A DNA stretch of 64,000 nt from Pseudomonadota bacterium (lineage in GTDB: Bacteria > UBA10199 > 2-02-FULL-44-16 > JAAZCA01), in assembly GCA_043798915.1 (NCBI GenBank), contig JAZDOG010000056.1, positions 17,765-81,764 of the forward strand, given 5' to 3'. A program made the translations under genes and the position numbers. How positions within the stretch are numbered: the stretch's first letter is position 1; every line of letters starts with the position of its first letter. The notes beneath the pieces were generated by a model. The model made no database searches. It was not told where the DNA came from and was given only the letters and a program-made list of their open reading frames with translations. Below are positions 1 to 7,791 of the stretch, piece by piece.

Positions 1-1190
1 CGCGGGGAAGTCTTTGCAGAAAAGAACTCCTGCATTCTCCCCATCGGTTCGCCGAGTCTCAACCAGGCGCCATTCGCCATGATGCCAGCCTCCTCCGGCA
101 CGATCAAAACAGGCTCTCCCTTTATCGCCTTCTGCCAATCGCCAGGGACGGGATTGCTGGTTACCGCAGGCTGCTCCATTTTTTTTGCGATTTCAGGCGC
201 GAGACCTGGGCCAGATAGCGGGTATTTGTAGGGCGTTGCTGCGGCAGCCTCATCCTGGACGACAACCGGGATCGGGCCGGTCGGTTTGACGCTCGGATCC
301 TTCAGATACGCAGCGATCTCCGGCGGGGTCGGTCGATCGTACAGGACCCAGGCGTTATGGACGAAGTTCGTGAAGATATCGTAATCGATCCAGGCAAAAC
401 CGCCGTCGCCCCACTGCGGCCCCCACGAGTTCATGACCTTCAATGCATGTTTTTTATCATCGTAGCCCACGGCGACCATGTGATGACCATCTGTGATCTG
501 CTCAGGAGTGACCGGGGTTCTCAGGACCGGATCCTTCTTTCTGAGGGCCTTGAAAGCCTTGCCGTACTGGACGTCTATGCCCACAGGTTCGCCCGACGCG
601 AGCATCGCTTTGATGGGATAGATATCATTCACTTCGATGGTGCGAAACCCAAGGATACGGAAATAGCGCCCGAGCTGTTTTACCTCAGCGGATGGCTGGG
701 TCTTCTCATCCGTGTCGATGAAGGGAAAGATCAACCAGGGAACGGCCCCATCGGTCACCAGAAAATTCAGAAAATTGAGGAAGGGCTCCTTCTCGCGCCT
801 GTTGCTGCCGGTATACTGGTTGTGCATGAAGGCGGGGCTGAATATATGGCTATCACCATAACCCCAGCCGAGTTCTCGCTGTTTCTGAAAGCTGCGGATG
901 GCGTACGTGGTCGCCCAGGCGTAACAGGACAGGGAGTCGCCCTGACTTCTGGGCAGCGGAAAGCCTGGGCTTAAATCCACCGAAGCCGGGAGGTTGGCAA
1001 ACGGTTTGCCGCTGATCGAGGTGAAGCTGCGCACCATCTTCACCTTCTCGATCTTGAGATATTCCTCGGGCGACATCTTGATGGCGCCGGTGCTCATTTT
1101 TATGGGTGGGCCAGACGCGGCCTCCTGGGCGACCAATATTTTGGGGACGAGCGCGATCAGGACCAATACAGGAAGGAGATATTTTTTCAT
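1..1190 (-). CDS. Secreted papain-like (C1 family) cysteine peptidase with C-terminal extension; 3' end appears to run off the window start
   Basis: Not in the ORF track. Hand translation from ATG 1190 gives a signal peptide (MKKYLLPVLVLIALVPK...), LPASVDLS..SQGDSLSCYAWA (Gln and catalytic Cys), GHHMVAVGYDD (His) and MNSWGPQWGDGGFAWIDY (Asn), followed by a Pro-rich linker. Confidence 0.9.
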   Translation of the reverse strand, partial: MKKYLLPVLVLIALVPKILVAQEAASGPPIKMSTGAIKMSPEEYLKIEKVKMVRSFTSISGKPFANLPASVDLSPGFPLPRSQGDSLSCYAWATTYAIRSFQKQRELGWGYGDSHIFSPAFMHNQYTGSNRREKEPFLNFLNFLVTDGAVPWLIFPFIDTDEKTQPSAEVKQLGRYFRILGFRTIEVNDIYPIKAMLASGEPVGIDVQYGKAFKALRKKDPVLRTPVTPEQITDGHHMVAVGYDDKKHALKVMNSWGPQWGDGGFAWIDYDIFTNFVHNAWVLYDRPTPPEIAAYLKDPSVKPTGPIPVVVQDEAAAATPYKYPLSGPGLAPEIAKKMEQPAVTSNPVPGDWQKAIKGEPVLIVPEEAGIMANGAWLRLGEPMGRMQEFFSAKTSP

Positions 1191-1415
1191 GCCGACTTGT
1201 ATACTATTCTTTGGATAATAAGCCAAGCGGTCGATCAGTTCATATGGACTATTGACGCCTCTTCCCTCCTGACAATCTCCCAAGGCTCTCCTGTGCAAGG
1301 GTGTCGCCATGCGCGGCTGTGACGACCTACACATACAGCGCAGCGAATGGCACATTCCAGTGAGGATGTGGAACCACCGGTCACGCGCCATATTGCCCCG
1401 TTGCCGATAGTCAAA

Positions 1416-1447
1416 AGGCCCCCAAATCGGGGGCCTCTATTTTTTTC
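1416..1447. terminator. Rho-independent terminator downstream of cspA
   Basis: Hairpin AGGCCCCC-aaatc-GGGGGCCT with A/T tracts on both sides. Confidence 0.75.
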
Positions 1448-1467
1448 ACCATCGATGAGCGTCCTCG

Positions 1468-1662
1468 TTATTTACGGCTGACATTTTCAGCGCGGGGACC
1501 TTTGTCGCTCTGGCCTATCTCAAACTCAACCTTGTCGCCTTCTTTGATCGGCCCGTTCTTCACAGAGGTGGAGTGCACGAAAAGATCTTTTCCACCATTG
1601 TCGGGCGTGATGAATCCAAAACCCCTCGCTTCATTGTAAAACTTGATGGTGCCGGTTTCCAT
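1468..1662 (-). CDS. cspA: Cold-shock protein (64 aa)
   Basis: METGTIKFYNEARGFGFITPDNGGKDLFVH carries RNP1/RNP2 motifs; GGAGGAG SD upstream of ATG 1662. Confidence 0.95.
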   Translation of the reverse strand: METGTIKFYNEARGFGFITPDNGGKDLFVHSTSVKNGPIKEGDKVEFEIGQSDKGPRAENVSRK

Positions 1663-1880
1663 ACGATCTCCTCCTGAAGTTTCGGTTATAGAGCAATCTA
1701 TAACGATGACAAGCTCCCATGTACGCGACTTGACGGATGTTTGCAACTATCATTCGCACAGCTATCTCTGCCCGTCGGCCCCCGCTTCGCAATGGGTGCT
1801 TTGAATCTGGCAAAATCGCATTTCCGCTTGAAACGCCGCAGCCGCCCGCTTATAGGAGGCTTGAGACCAGGAGTGACGAA

Positions 1881-2381
1881 ATGGACTTCATCTCACACGG
1901 ACTTTGGGGCGGATTAGCCTTCGGAAGGAGGAACAGGCGGGATTTCTTTCTGGCCGTCCTCTTCGGCATCACGCCGGACGTCTTGTCCTTCGGCATCTTC
2001 TCCTTCATGCGCATCGTGGGACTCGCCAGCGGGATCGACTGGTCGAACGGCCCTCCGAGCGAACACCTGATCCCGCAATACGTTCACCTGCTCTACAATT
2101 TCACTCACAGCCTCGTCACCGCAGCAGCCGCGTTCCTGATCGTCTATATCGTCCGAAGAAAGATAATCTGGCCCATGCTGGCGTGGCCGCTGCACATACT
2201 GATGGACATACCGACGCACTCCACGCGCTTTTTCGCTACTCCATTTCTCTGGCCGATATCGAACTACCGCTTCGATGGAATAAGCTGGGGCAGGCCCTAC
2301 ATATTACTTCCCGACATCGCCATCCTGGCAATCCTCTACACGATCTACTTTATCTGGAATCGATCGACGCGGAAGCCCTGA
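1881..2381 (+). CDS. Membrane-bound metal-dependent hydrolase (YdjM/DUF457-like)
   Basis: SH...PD...THS...HILMD..TH...FLWP motif pattern with several TM segments; AGGAG SD before ATG 1881. Confidence 0.75.
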   Translation: MDFISHGLWGGLAFGRRNRRDFFLAVLFGITPDVLSFGIFSFMRIVGLASGIDWSNGPPSEHLIPQYVHLLYNFTHSLVTAAAAFLIVYIVRRKIIWPMLAWPLHILMDIPTHSTRFFATPFLWPISNYRFDGISWGRPYILLPDIAILAILYTIYFIWNRSTRKP

Positions 2382-2439
2382 ATTCTTCAATCAAACTTGC
2401 TCCGTCACCATGGGCGTTCCGTAACAGAAGATTTAAGAT

Positions 2440-3468
2440 CTATTTCAGTGCGCGCCTGACATCATCAGAAAGGGATTCCAGAGAATCATGGAGAGCCCTC
2501 TCCCACTTCCTGCCGGCCTTCATGGCAATGTGGAGAGCTGCTTTCAACTCCCGTGATCGCTCTTCGGCGAGAACCGCGATCAGCTGACCGGCCTGATGGA
2601 GATCCTTCTCCTTTTTTCCGGTCTCCGTCACGGAACGATACGCGGCGACGATGAGCTTGTGAATCGCAAACCGTTCCGGACGAGGGACCGTCACAGGAAT
2701 GCCTCCGCCGGGCGCAACCAGGACGGCATTAACTGGGTCTTCGATCGCATAATCGAGAAAACGAAGGGCCGTTGCTCCGGCTCCTGCAACCCGGGGCATG
2801 CGAACTGCATCCCTGGCCTTTCCGCGCAGCGGAACAAGGAAGTCGATGCGAATGCCATCAGCCGTTACATATGATGAAGGGAGCGCCTTCTTCGACAGGG
2901 AGGGCACTGTCCTGCATTCCAGCCCCCGCTCGGCAATGAGTGCGTTGAGATCGACGATGGGCAGAGCCAGCTCGACGCGATCGTCCCTCGCAATGTCGAT
3001 GTCCTGCGTCATCAATGTCGATTTCTCGAACACATGCCCAAGCATGCCCGAATATGCGGCGTATGCGAGCGTCCCGACCAGGACGCCCCCGCGATGAATC
3101 AAGCCCACCTCTGAAAAACGGCTGAGGAGAAGCGCCATGCGTCGATCTAGAACGGGCAGGCCGCTCCTTCGAAGCATGGCGGCCTGCCTTGATTCGACGG
3201 CAACGAGTTTCTTGAGCATCGCCTTGCCATTGCGGCTGTCCTGTCGCCCTTCCGAAACGCGCCGATCGTTTTCTTCGTTTGAGGGGCCAAAATACGCCTG
3301 CCGCGCCTGGCCGCCCTCGTAGCGCTGTTCGTACCAGTAGACCCTTCCCTTGACGGTCTTGCGGACATACGTCTTCGCGGCAGAGTGCTGCGCCTCAAGG
3401 GCAGCGCGCGCACGCGCCGTTTCCTGAAACTCCGCAAAGAGGGTTTTCGCCGCCAGGTCGAGCTGCAT
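2440..3468 (-). CDS. GSU2403-family nucleotidyltransferase-fold protein
   Basis: N-terminal KGRVYWYEQ/YFGP, then LVGTLAYAAY, TQDIDIA, IDFLVP, LRFLDY, PERFAIHKLIVA and KDLHQA motifs typical of this family. Confidence 0.8.
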   Translation of the reverse strand: MQLDLAAKTLFAEFQETARARAALEAQHSAAKTYVRKTVKGRVYWYEQRYEGGQARQAYFGPSNEENDRRVSEGRQDSRNGKAMLKKLVAVESRQAAMLRRSGLPVLDRRMALLLSRFSEVGLIHRGGVLVGTLAYAAYSGMLGHVFEKSTLMTQDIDIARDDRVELALPIVDLNALIAERGLECRTVPSLSKKALPSSYVTADGIRIDFLVPLRGKARDAVRMPRVAGAGATALRFLDYAIEDPVNAVLVAPGGGIPVTVPRPERFAIHKLIVAAYRSVTETGKKEKDLHQAGQLIAVLAEERSRELKAALHIAMKAGRKWERALHDSLESLSDDVRRALK

Positions 3469-3536
3469 GATAGTTATACGTTATCACAGGAAATACACCT
3501 GAGTCAACGTATAACCAGCTGAATTCGGTGTGCCGG

Positions 3537-4478
3537 TCACACCACAAAATCCTCAGGCACGAGGAGTTTTTCGATCCCCTCGTACACCGCAATCAGGTGG
3601 CGGACCTTTGAGACGAAGTCGATCTTCGAGACGTCGATCTTGAGGACGGGGCCGGTGTACCAGCCCGCGTCCCTCACGACGTCGACGAACTCATCGTATC
3701 TCGTGTTGAGGGCCCGGACGAGCCGAGCAACGCCCTCCGGTATGTCGGCCTCCTGGCCCACCGCGCCGCCCTTCTCCTCGTCGCGCTGGCGCTCGCGGAT
3801 ATTCTGAAAGAGATATTCCAAGGGACCGTGGAGGACGACGAGCAGGCTCGGCCCCGGGAGCGACCTGAATTCGCTGTCCAGGCGCCGGTCTATGACATGG
3901 AGATCGTCCCTCGTGAGATAGGAGACATCCATGTCGCGATGGAGCACCTCGCAGAACGCGTATCTGTCCGCCAGCGCCGTGCCGTCTATGCACGTCGAGT
4001 TGTTGAGATTGGCCGCGACCTGCAGCTGCATCCTGCGCAGATCCAGGTAGGAGTGCTGGATGTCCAGCGCACCCTTCTCCAAGTTCCTCTTCGCGATCAT
4101 CCACGCCGGGCTCTCTACGGCCTCCCTCGCCTGGCATCTGATGAAATCGTCGATCGCGCCGTAGTATCTGCCGAGCGTCCTCTTCGCCGAGTCCTTCGCC
4201 GTGCCCAGAAGCGGAGAGAACGACTCGTCCTGGACGAAGTGGTCTTCGAAGCCCTCGTCGGGCAGCTCGAACATCGCGTTCATGCCGGTGTTAAATGCGA
4301 GCACCTTGATGAGCGAACTCTTTCCCGCCCCGATGTTACCCACGCACGTTATCAGGCAGCGGTTCCTGGAAAAATACTTCATCAGGCGCCTGACCACGGT
4401 GGTGAGCCTGTGCGGAATCTGGTGCCGCTTGATCTTCGGCGCCTCGGCTAACTCAAGGATGCTGCCCTGATTGCTCAT
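3537..4478 (-). CDS. Deoxynucleoside kinase (dAK/dCK-like) with an internal insertion
   Basis: P-loop GNIGAGKSS, IQHSYL, ADRYAF, lid NIRERQRDEE, LNTRYDEF and IDVSKIDFV. Confidence 0.8.
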   Translation of the reverse strand: MSNQGSILELAEAPKIKRHQIPHRLTTVVRRLMKYFSRNRCLITCVGNIGAGKSSLIKVLAFNTGMNAMFELPDEGFEDHFVQDESFSPLLGTAKDSAKRTLGRYYGAIDDFIRCQAREAVESPAWMIAKRNLEKGALDIQHSYLDLRRMQLQVAANLNNSTCIDGTALADRYAFCEVLHRDMDVSYLTRDDLHVIDRRLDSEFRSLPGPSLLVVLHGPLEYLFQNIRERQRDEEKGGAVGQEADIPEGVARLVRALNTRYDEFVDVVRDAGWYTGPVLKIDVSKIDFVSKVRHLIAVYEGIEKLLVPEDFVV

Positions 4479-5244
4479 ATGCCTTCCTTCGGGCGGCGAC
4501 CATCCTCCTCACCTTTTCGCGGATGGTCGCGGCCGCCACGTGGACGTAGTCCGGGTGCTCGTACATGTCGATCTCCGCCGGCAGGATCATGATGTCCGCG
4601 TCCGGCGGGACGATCGCGCGCTCCTGATACTTGAGGAGCATCCCCCGCCAGTTCGTGACGACGTTCTCGTAGCAATCGTGAATCTCTTTCAAGTACTGCT
4701 CCGTGATCGTGCTGGCGTAGCTGTCGCCGCCCCCGGCCCTCTTCGCCCTCCTCTTTTCCAGAAGGACCGGCTCGGAGCGGAGATAGACGGTGAGGTCGGG
4801 CAGGCGGATGCGTTCATTCTGAAGCGTCTGGTAGAAGATCGTCTTGTAGAGCCTGGCATGCGCCTTGGGCATCTCGCCGGAATGGATCATGCGCCGGACG
4901 AAGACCTCCGGCCCGTCGAGGAACGGCCTGTCCTCGACGATCAGCACGCCGCGCTTGTTCTCGCGCGTCATCAGGTGGCGGATCTCCCTCTGCTGGAGCG
5001 TGCGCATGTAGAGGAACGCCGTCTCCGTCGGAAAGATGTTTGCGACGCGGTCCTTGTAAAAGAGAGAGAGGCACTCGTCGGTGAGAGAGCCCTGATCGAC
5101 GCGCTCAGAGAAGGCATGCATCTCCGACCCGCCGAGGAGCTCCTGCAGCTCTGTTTTGTATGGATCCTGCGACAACGCATTCATGAGCGTGGTCTTGCCC
5201 GAAAACAGATTGCCCATGATGCCGATGTGAAAATTATTTATCAT
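4453..5244 (-). CDS. Deoxynucleoside kinase (dGK-like)
   Basis: P-loop GNLFSGKTT, FPTETAFL, EDRPFLD, PDLTVYL and YLKEIHDCYE. Confidence 0.8.
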   Translation of the reverse strand: MINNFHIGIMGNLFSGKTTLMNALSQDPYKTELQELLGGSEMHAFSERVDQGSLTDECLSLFYKDRVANIFPTETAFLYMRTLQQREIRHLMTRENKRGVLIVEDRPFLDGPEVFVRRMIHSGEMPKAHARLYKTIFYQTLQNERIRLPDLTVYLRSEPVLLEKRRAKRAGGGDSYASTITEQYLKEIHDCYENVVTNWRGMLLKYQERAIVPPDADIMILPAEIDMYEHPDYVHVAAATIREKVRRMVAARRKAYEQSGQHP

Positions 5245-5324
5245 GATCCCCGCTTGCCGGACGCGAATGATGGGTTAGCAGACGTCCGCGTCACCGTCAA
5301 ACGAGTTTTTTCTTTGACGAGCCC

Positions 5325-5891
5325 TTATGAGGGATCCCTGCCGATTATGCTCCCTATCTCCGCGCAGGCCCGGTCCAGAACGTCGTTTACCACCTGATGG
5401 TCGAACCTGTCTTTGAAGGTCATCTCGGTGAGGGCGTTTTTCAGACGGAGCGCCTGGACTTCGGCCAAGTCGGTGCCCCGCAGCGCGAGGCGCCTTTTGA
5501 GCTCATCCATCGTCGGAGGGACGAGAAAGATCGAAATCGCCCGGCCGCCGTATATCTTTTTCAGACTCAAGCTCCCCACGACGTCCACGTCGAGGAGGAC
5601 GTCCGTTCCGGCTGCGAGCCAGGCCTCCAGAGGGGCGTTGGGCGTCCCGTAAAAATTATTATGGACCTCCGCCCACTCCGCAAATTTTCCGTCATCTATG
5701 CCTTTGCTGAATTCTTCGCGGTCGATGAAGTGATAATCCCTCCCGTCCACCTCTCCCTTGCGGATCGGCCTCGTGGTGCAGGATACGGAGTGGATCATGT
5801 CAGGATGCGCGGAGAGAAACCTGTGGATGACAGAGGTCTTGCCCGTCCCGGAGGGCGCAGTGACGATGATCAGGCGGCCTTTTCTTTTCAT
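5325..5891 (-). CDS. gmk: Guanylate kinase
   Basis: APSGTGKTS, SCTTRPIRKGEVDGRDYHF, EWAEVHNNFYGT and LLDVDVVG. Confidence 0.96.
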   Translation of the reverse strand: MKRKGRLIIVTAPSGTGKTSVIHRFLSAHPDMIHSVSCTTRPIRKGEVDGRDYHFIDREEFSKGIDDGKFAEWAEVHNNFYGTPNAPLEAWLAAGTDVLLDVDVVGSLSLKKIYGGRAISIFLVPPTMDELKRRLALRGTDLAEVQALRLKNALTEMTFKDRFDHQVVNDVLDRACAEIGSIIGRDPS

Positions 5892-5894
5892 TTT

Positions 5895-6518
5895 CTACCA
5901 GTTTTTTGCCCGGCACACCGCGTTGCGGCTGCACTCCACAGGGCAGCTATGCCAGAGGCCAATCAGGTGAAGATTGGCATCGGACTCGAGTTTCAGGAAC
6001 GCATCCCTCTCCGCGTACTCCTTCGAGCGGTCGGCCAGCACAAATCCTCCCGCGATGAGATCTGCGTTGATCAGCCGGCCATCGATGTAGAGGTAGATGC
6101 GCTTTATCCCGCGGCTGTCGCGCAGCCCCTGCACCCTGTCATAGCCATAGCCCACGGTCTTGCCCAATATCGCATTCTCCAGAAACGACGCGGCCTCGAT
6201 TGAATTGCAGTCCCTGGGCTTTCCCCACCACCAGCGCCTCGGCGCGGCAACGCCGAGAAGATGCATGCGGTGGCGGTCTATCTCGACAGTGCCTCCATCG
6301 ACGACGCGCGTGACCCTGCCTTCGAAAAGATTCCCCGTTATCGGCGTTCCCGCCATCGCTTCAGCAGCCGTCGGCTCGCCTGTTGCGGCAGACTCTCCGA
6401 CATCGTCTGCCTTGGCCTCGCCATTTGAAACCTCTTCGGCATGCGCGGACACCGGGACGATAAGCAAAAGGAGCATGAGCACGACTGCCATTCGATGTAT
6501 CATCCGTTGCCTCCGCAA
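5895..6518 (-). CDS. Exported thermonuclease (SNase)-fold protein with a degenerate active site
   Basis: Signal peptide; VTRVVDGGT, LLGVAAP, INADLIAGG and ESDA...GLW follow the SNase pattern, but the catalytic residues are substituted. Confidence 0.75.
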   Translation of the reverse strand: MRRQRMIHRMAVVLMLLLLIVPVSAHAEEVSNGEAKADDVGESAATGEPTAAEAMAGTPITGNLFEGRVTRVVDGGTVEIDRHRMHLLGVAAPRRWWWGKPRDCNSIEAASFLENAILGKTVGYGYDRVQGLRDSRGIKRIYLYIDGRLINADLIAGGFVLADRSKEYAERDAFLKLESDANLHLIGLWHSCPVECSRNAVCRAKNW

Positions 6519-6565
6519 CTAACTCAAGGGGAACATCGTGCCAGCAACGCGCCGCCCGTTCAAGT

Positions 6566-6594
6566 TAAAATAAAAGCCCCGCGATCGCGGGGCT
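6566..6594 (-). terminator. Rho-independent terminator after the 60-aa ORF
   Basis: Perfect palindrome AGCCCCGCGATCGCGGGGCT followed by TTTTATTTT on the minus strand. Confidence 0.75.
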
Positions 6595-6622
6595 CATCAG
6601 GACAACGCGGCCAGCATTTGAT

Positions 6623-6805
6623 TCAGAACTTCACATGAAATCCGACGAAGATGCCTCCCCCCTTCACCGTCACCTCAGCCATCGCAATGTTGCCGTAACC
6701 GCCCTTGAGCGGGTTCTTGAACGGAAACTCCTTCAGGCTGGTCTCCACGCCCTCGGGCCTCTCCGTGATTTTCTCAGCCCTCTCTCCACGGCTCTTAAAC
6801 TTCAT
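6623..6805 (-). CDS. Orphan small protein (60 aa)
   Basis: GAGGAGG SD, extended -10 TGgTATAAT (6835-6843), downstream terminator and GC-rich third codon positions. Confidence 0.7.
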   Translation of the reverse strand: MKFKSRGERAEKITERPEGVETSLKEFPFKNPLKGGYGNIAMAEVTVKGGGIFVGFHVKF

Positions 6806-6896
6806 GGCGCGCGCCTCCTCTCGAATGCGGAATTATTATACCACAAGGCGCGGCAAATCGGGCCTCAAATATTGAAAGCATTAAGTCGCAGGCGAT

Positions 6897-7454
6897 TTAC
6901 GATATGAGGGAGGCTTTTGCAGAGAAGGCCCTGTTAAAATAGCTGTAGTAGGCGAGGACCTTCTTCACATAGGAACGCGTCTCTTTATAGGGGGGAACCC
7001 CGTCATGCTGGGCGACCGCGCCCGGGCCGGCATTGTAGGCGGCGATGGCCATCACCATATTTCCGTCGAAGGTATCGATGAGCTCGCGCAGATACTTGCT
7101 GCCCGCATTGATGTTCTGCCGGGGATCATAGGCGTTCCCGAGCCTCAAATGCCTCTGCGTGGATGGAACGATCTGCATGAGGCCCCTGGCGCCCGCATTG
7201 GAGACGGCCTTCGGGTTGAAATTGGATTCCGCCTGGATGACTGCGGCTATGAGCGCCGGCTGGACGCCGTAGCTGCGGGCGGCTGCCGCAATGGCATCTC
7301 CATAGCGAACATTGCAGGGGATGTCAGGGATATCCGCCATCGCGGCCCGGGGTTCCATGTGGCGCCCGTAATAGAAGCAGAGCACATGGAGCAGGGCTAT
7401 TCCAAGGATGTTATACGCCACTTTCTTAAGCTTTGGATGTTTGTCGTTTCGCAT
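6897..7454 (-). CDS. Membrane-anchored lytic transglycosylase (SLT domain)
   Basis: N-terminal TM segment; VIQAESNFNP (catalytic Glu), GARGLMQ, AAYNAGPG and PPYKETRSYV. Confidence 0.92.
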   Translation of the reverse strand: MRNDKHPKLKKVAYNILGIALLHVLCFYYGRHMEPRAAMADIPDIPCNVRYGDAIAAAARSYGVQPALIAAVIQAESNFNPKAVSNAGARGLMQIVPSTQRHLRLGNAYDPRQNINAGSKYLRELIDTFDGNMVMAIAAYNAGPGAVAQHDGVPPYKETRSYVKKVLAYYSYFNRAFSAKASLIS

Positions 7455-7468
7455 GGTGTAAGTTAGTA

Positions 7469-7509
7469 TGCAAGCCGCGTGCCAAGGGGCACAAGCAATA
7501 TCCGTGCCA
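7469..7509 (-). promoter_or_regulatory. Two tandem sigma54 (-24/-12) promoters for the SLT gene
   Basis: TGGCACGCGGCTTGCA (7484-7469) and TGGCACGGATATTGCT (7509-7494) both match TGGCAC-N5-TTGCW. Confidence 0.8.
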
Positions 7510-7521
7510 CAATGACAGTAA

Positions 7522-7534
7522 TAACTACTTGATA
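7522..7534 (-). promoter_or_regulatory. IHF-consensus site upstream of the sigma54 promoters
   Basis: TATCAAGTAGTTA matches WATCAANNNNTTR. Confidence 0.55.
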
Positions 7535-7791
7535 TAATGAAAGTTTTTAAGACGACCCGCAGCCGCATGCCAGAGGCCATGGGGTCTGCCTTCCACCTTT
7601 GGAGTGCCCAAGTCACCCGACCAATCGTTATACGTCTTAAGGTGAAGCCGCTCCTAGCCCGGCGCAGCGGCACCTGTCAACCCTTTATTTCTTAATTTAT
7701 TGAAAAATAAGAACTTTAATGCTACGGCCTTCGGCTGCAACAACCTGTTAATGATGACATATCAATATTCAATATGTATATTCACCACGCT

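Noticed and set aside
357..974. 205-aa plus-strand ORF
   Set aside because: Antisense shadow of the C1 peptidase on the minus strand, which has clear catalytic motifs.
3537..6518. Active secreted nuclease plus kinases as a DNA-degradation operon
   Set aside because: The nuclease-fold protein lacks the SNase catalytic residues, so degradation cannot be claimed.
6528..6543. TGGCAC upstream of the thermonuclease-like gene as a sigma54 promoter
   Set aside because: The -12 element reads TCCCC rather than TTGC.
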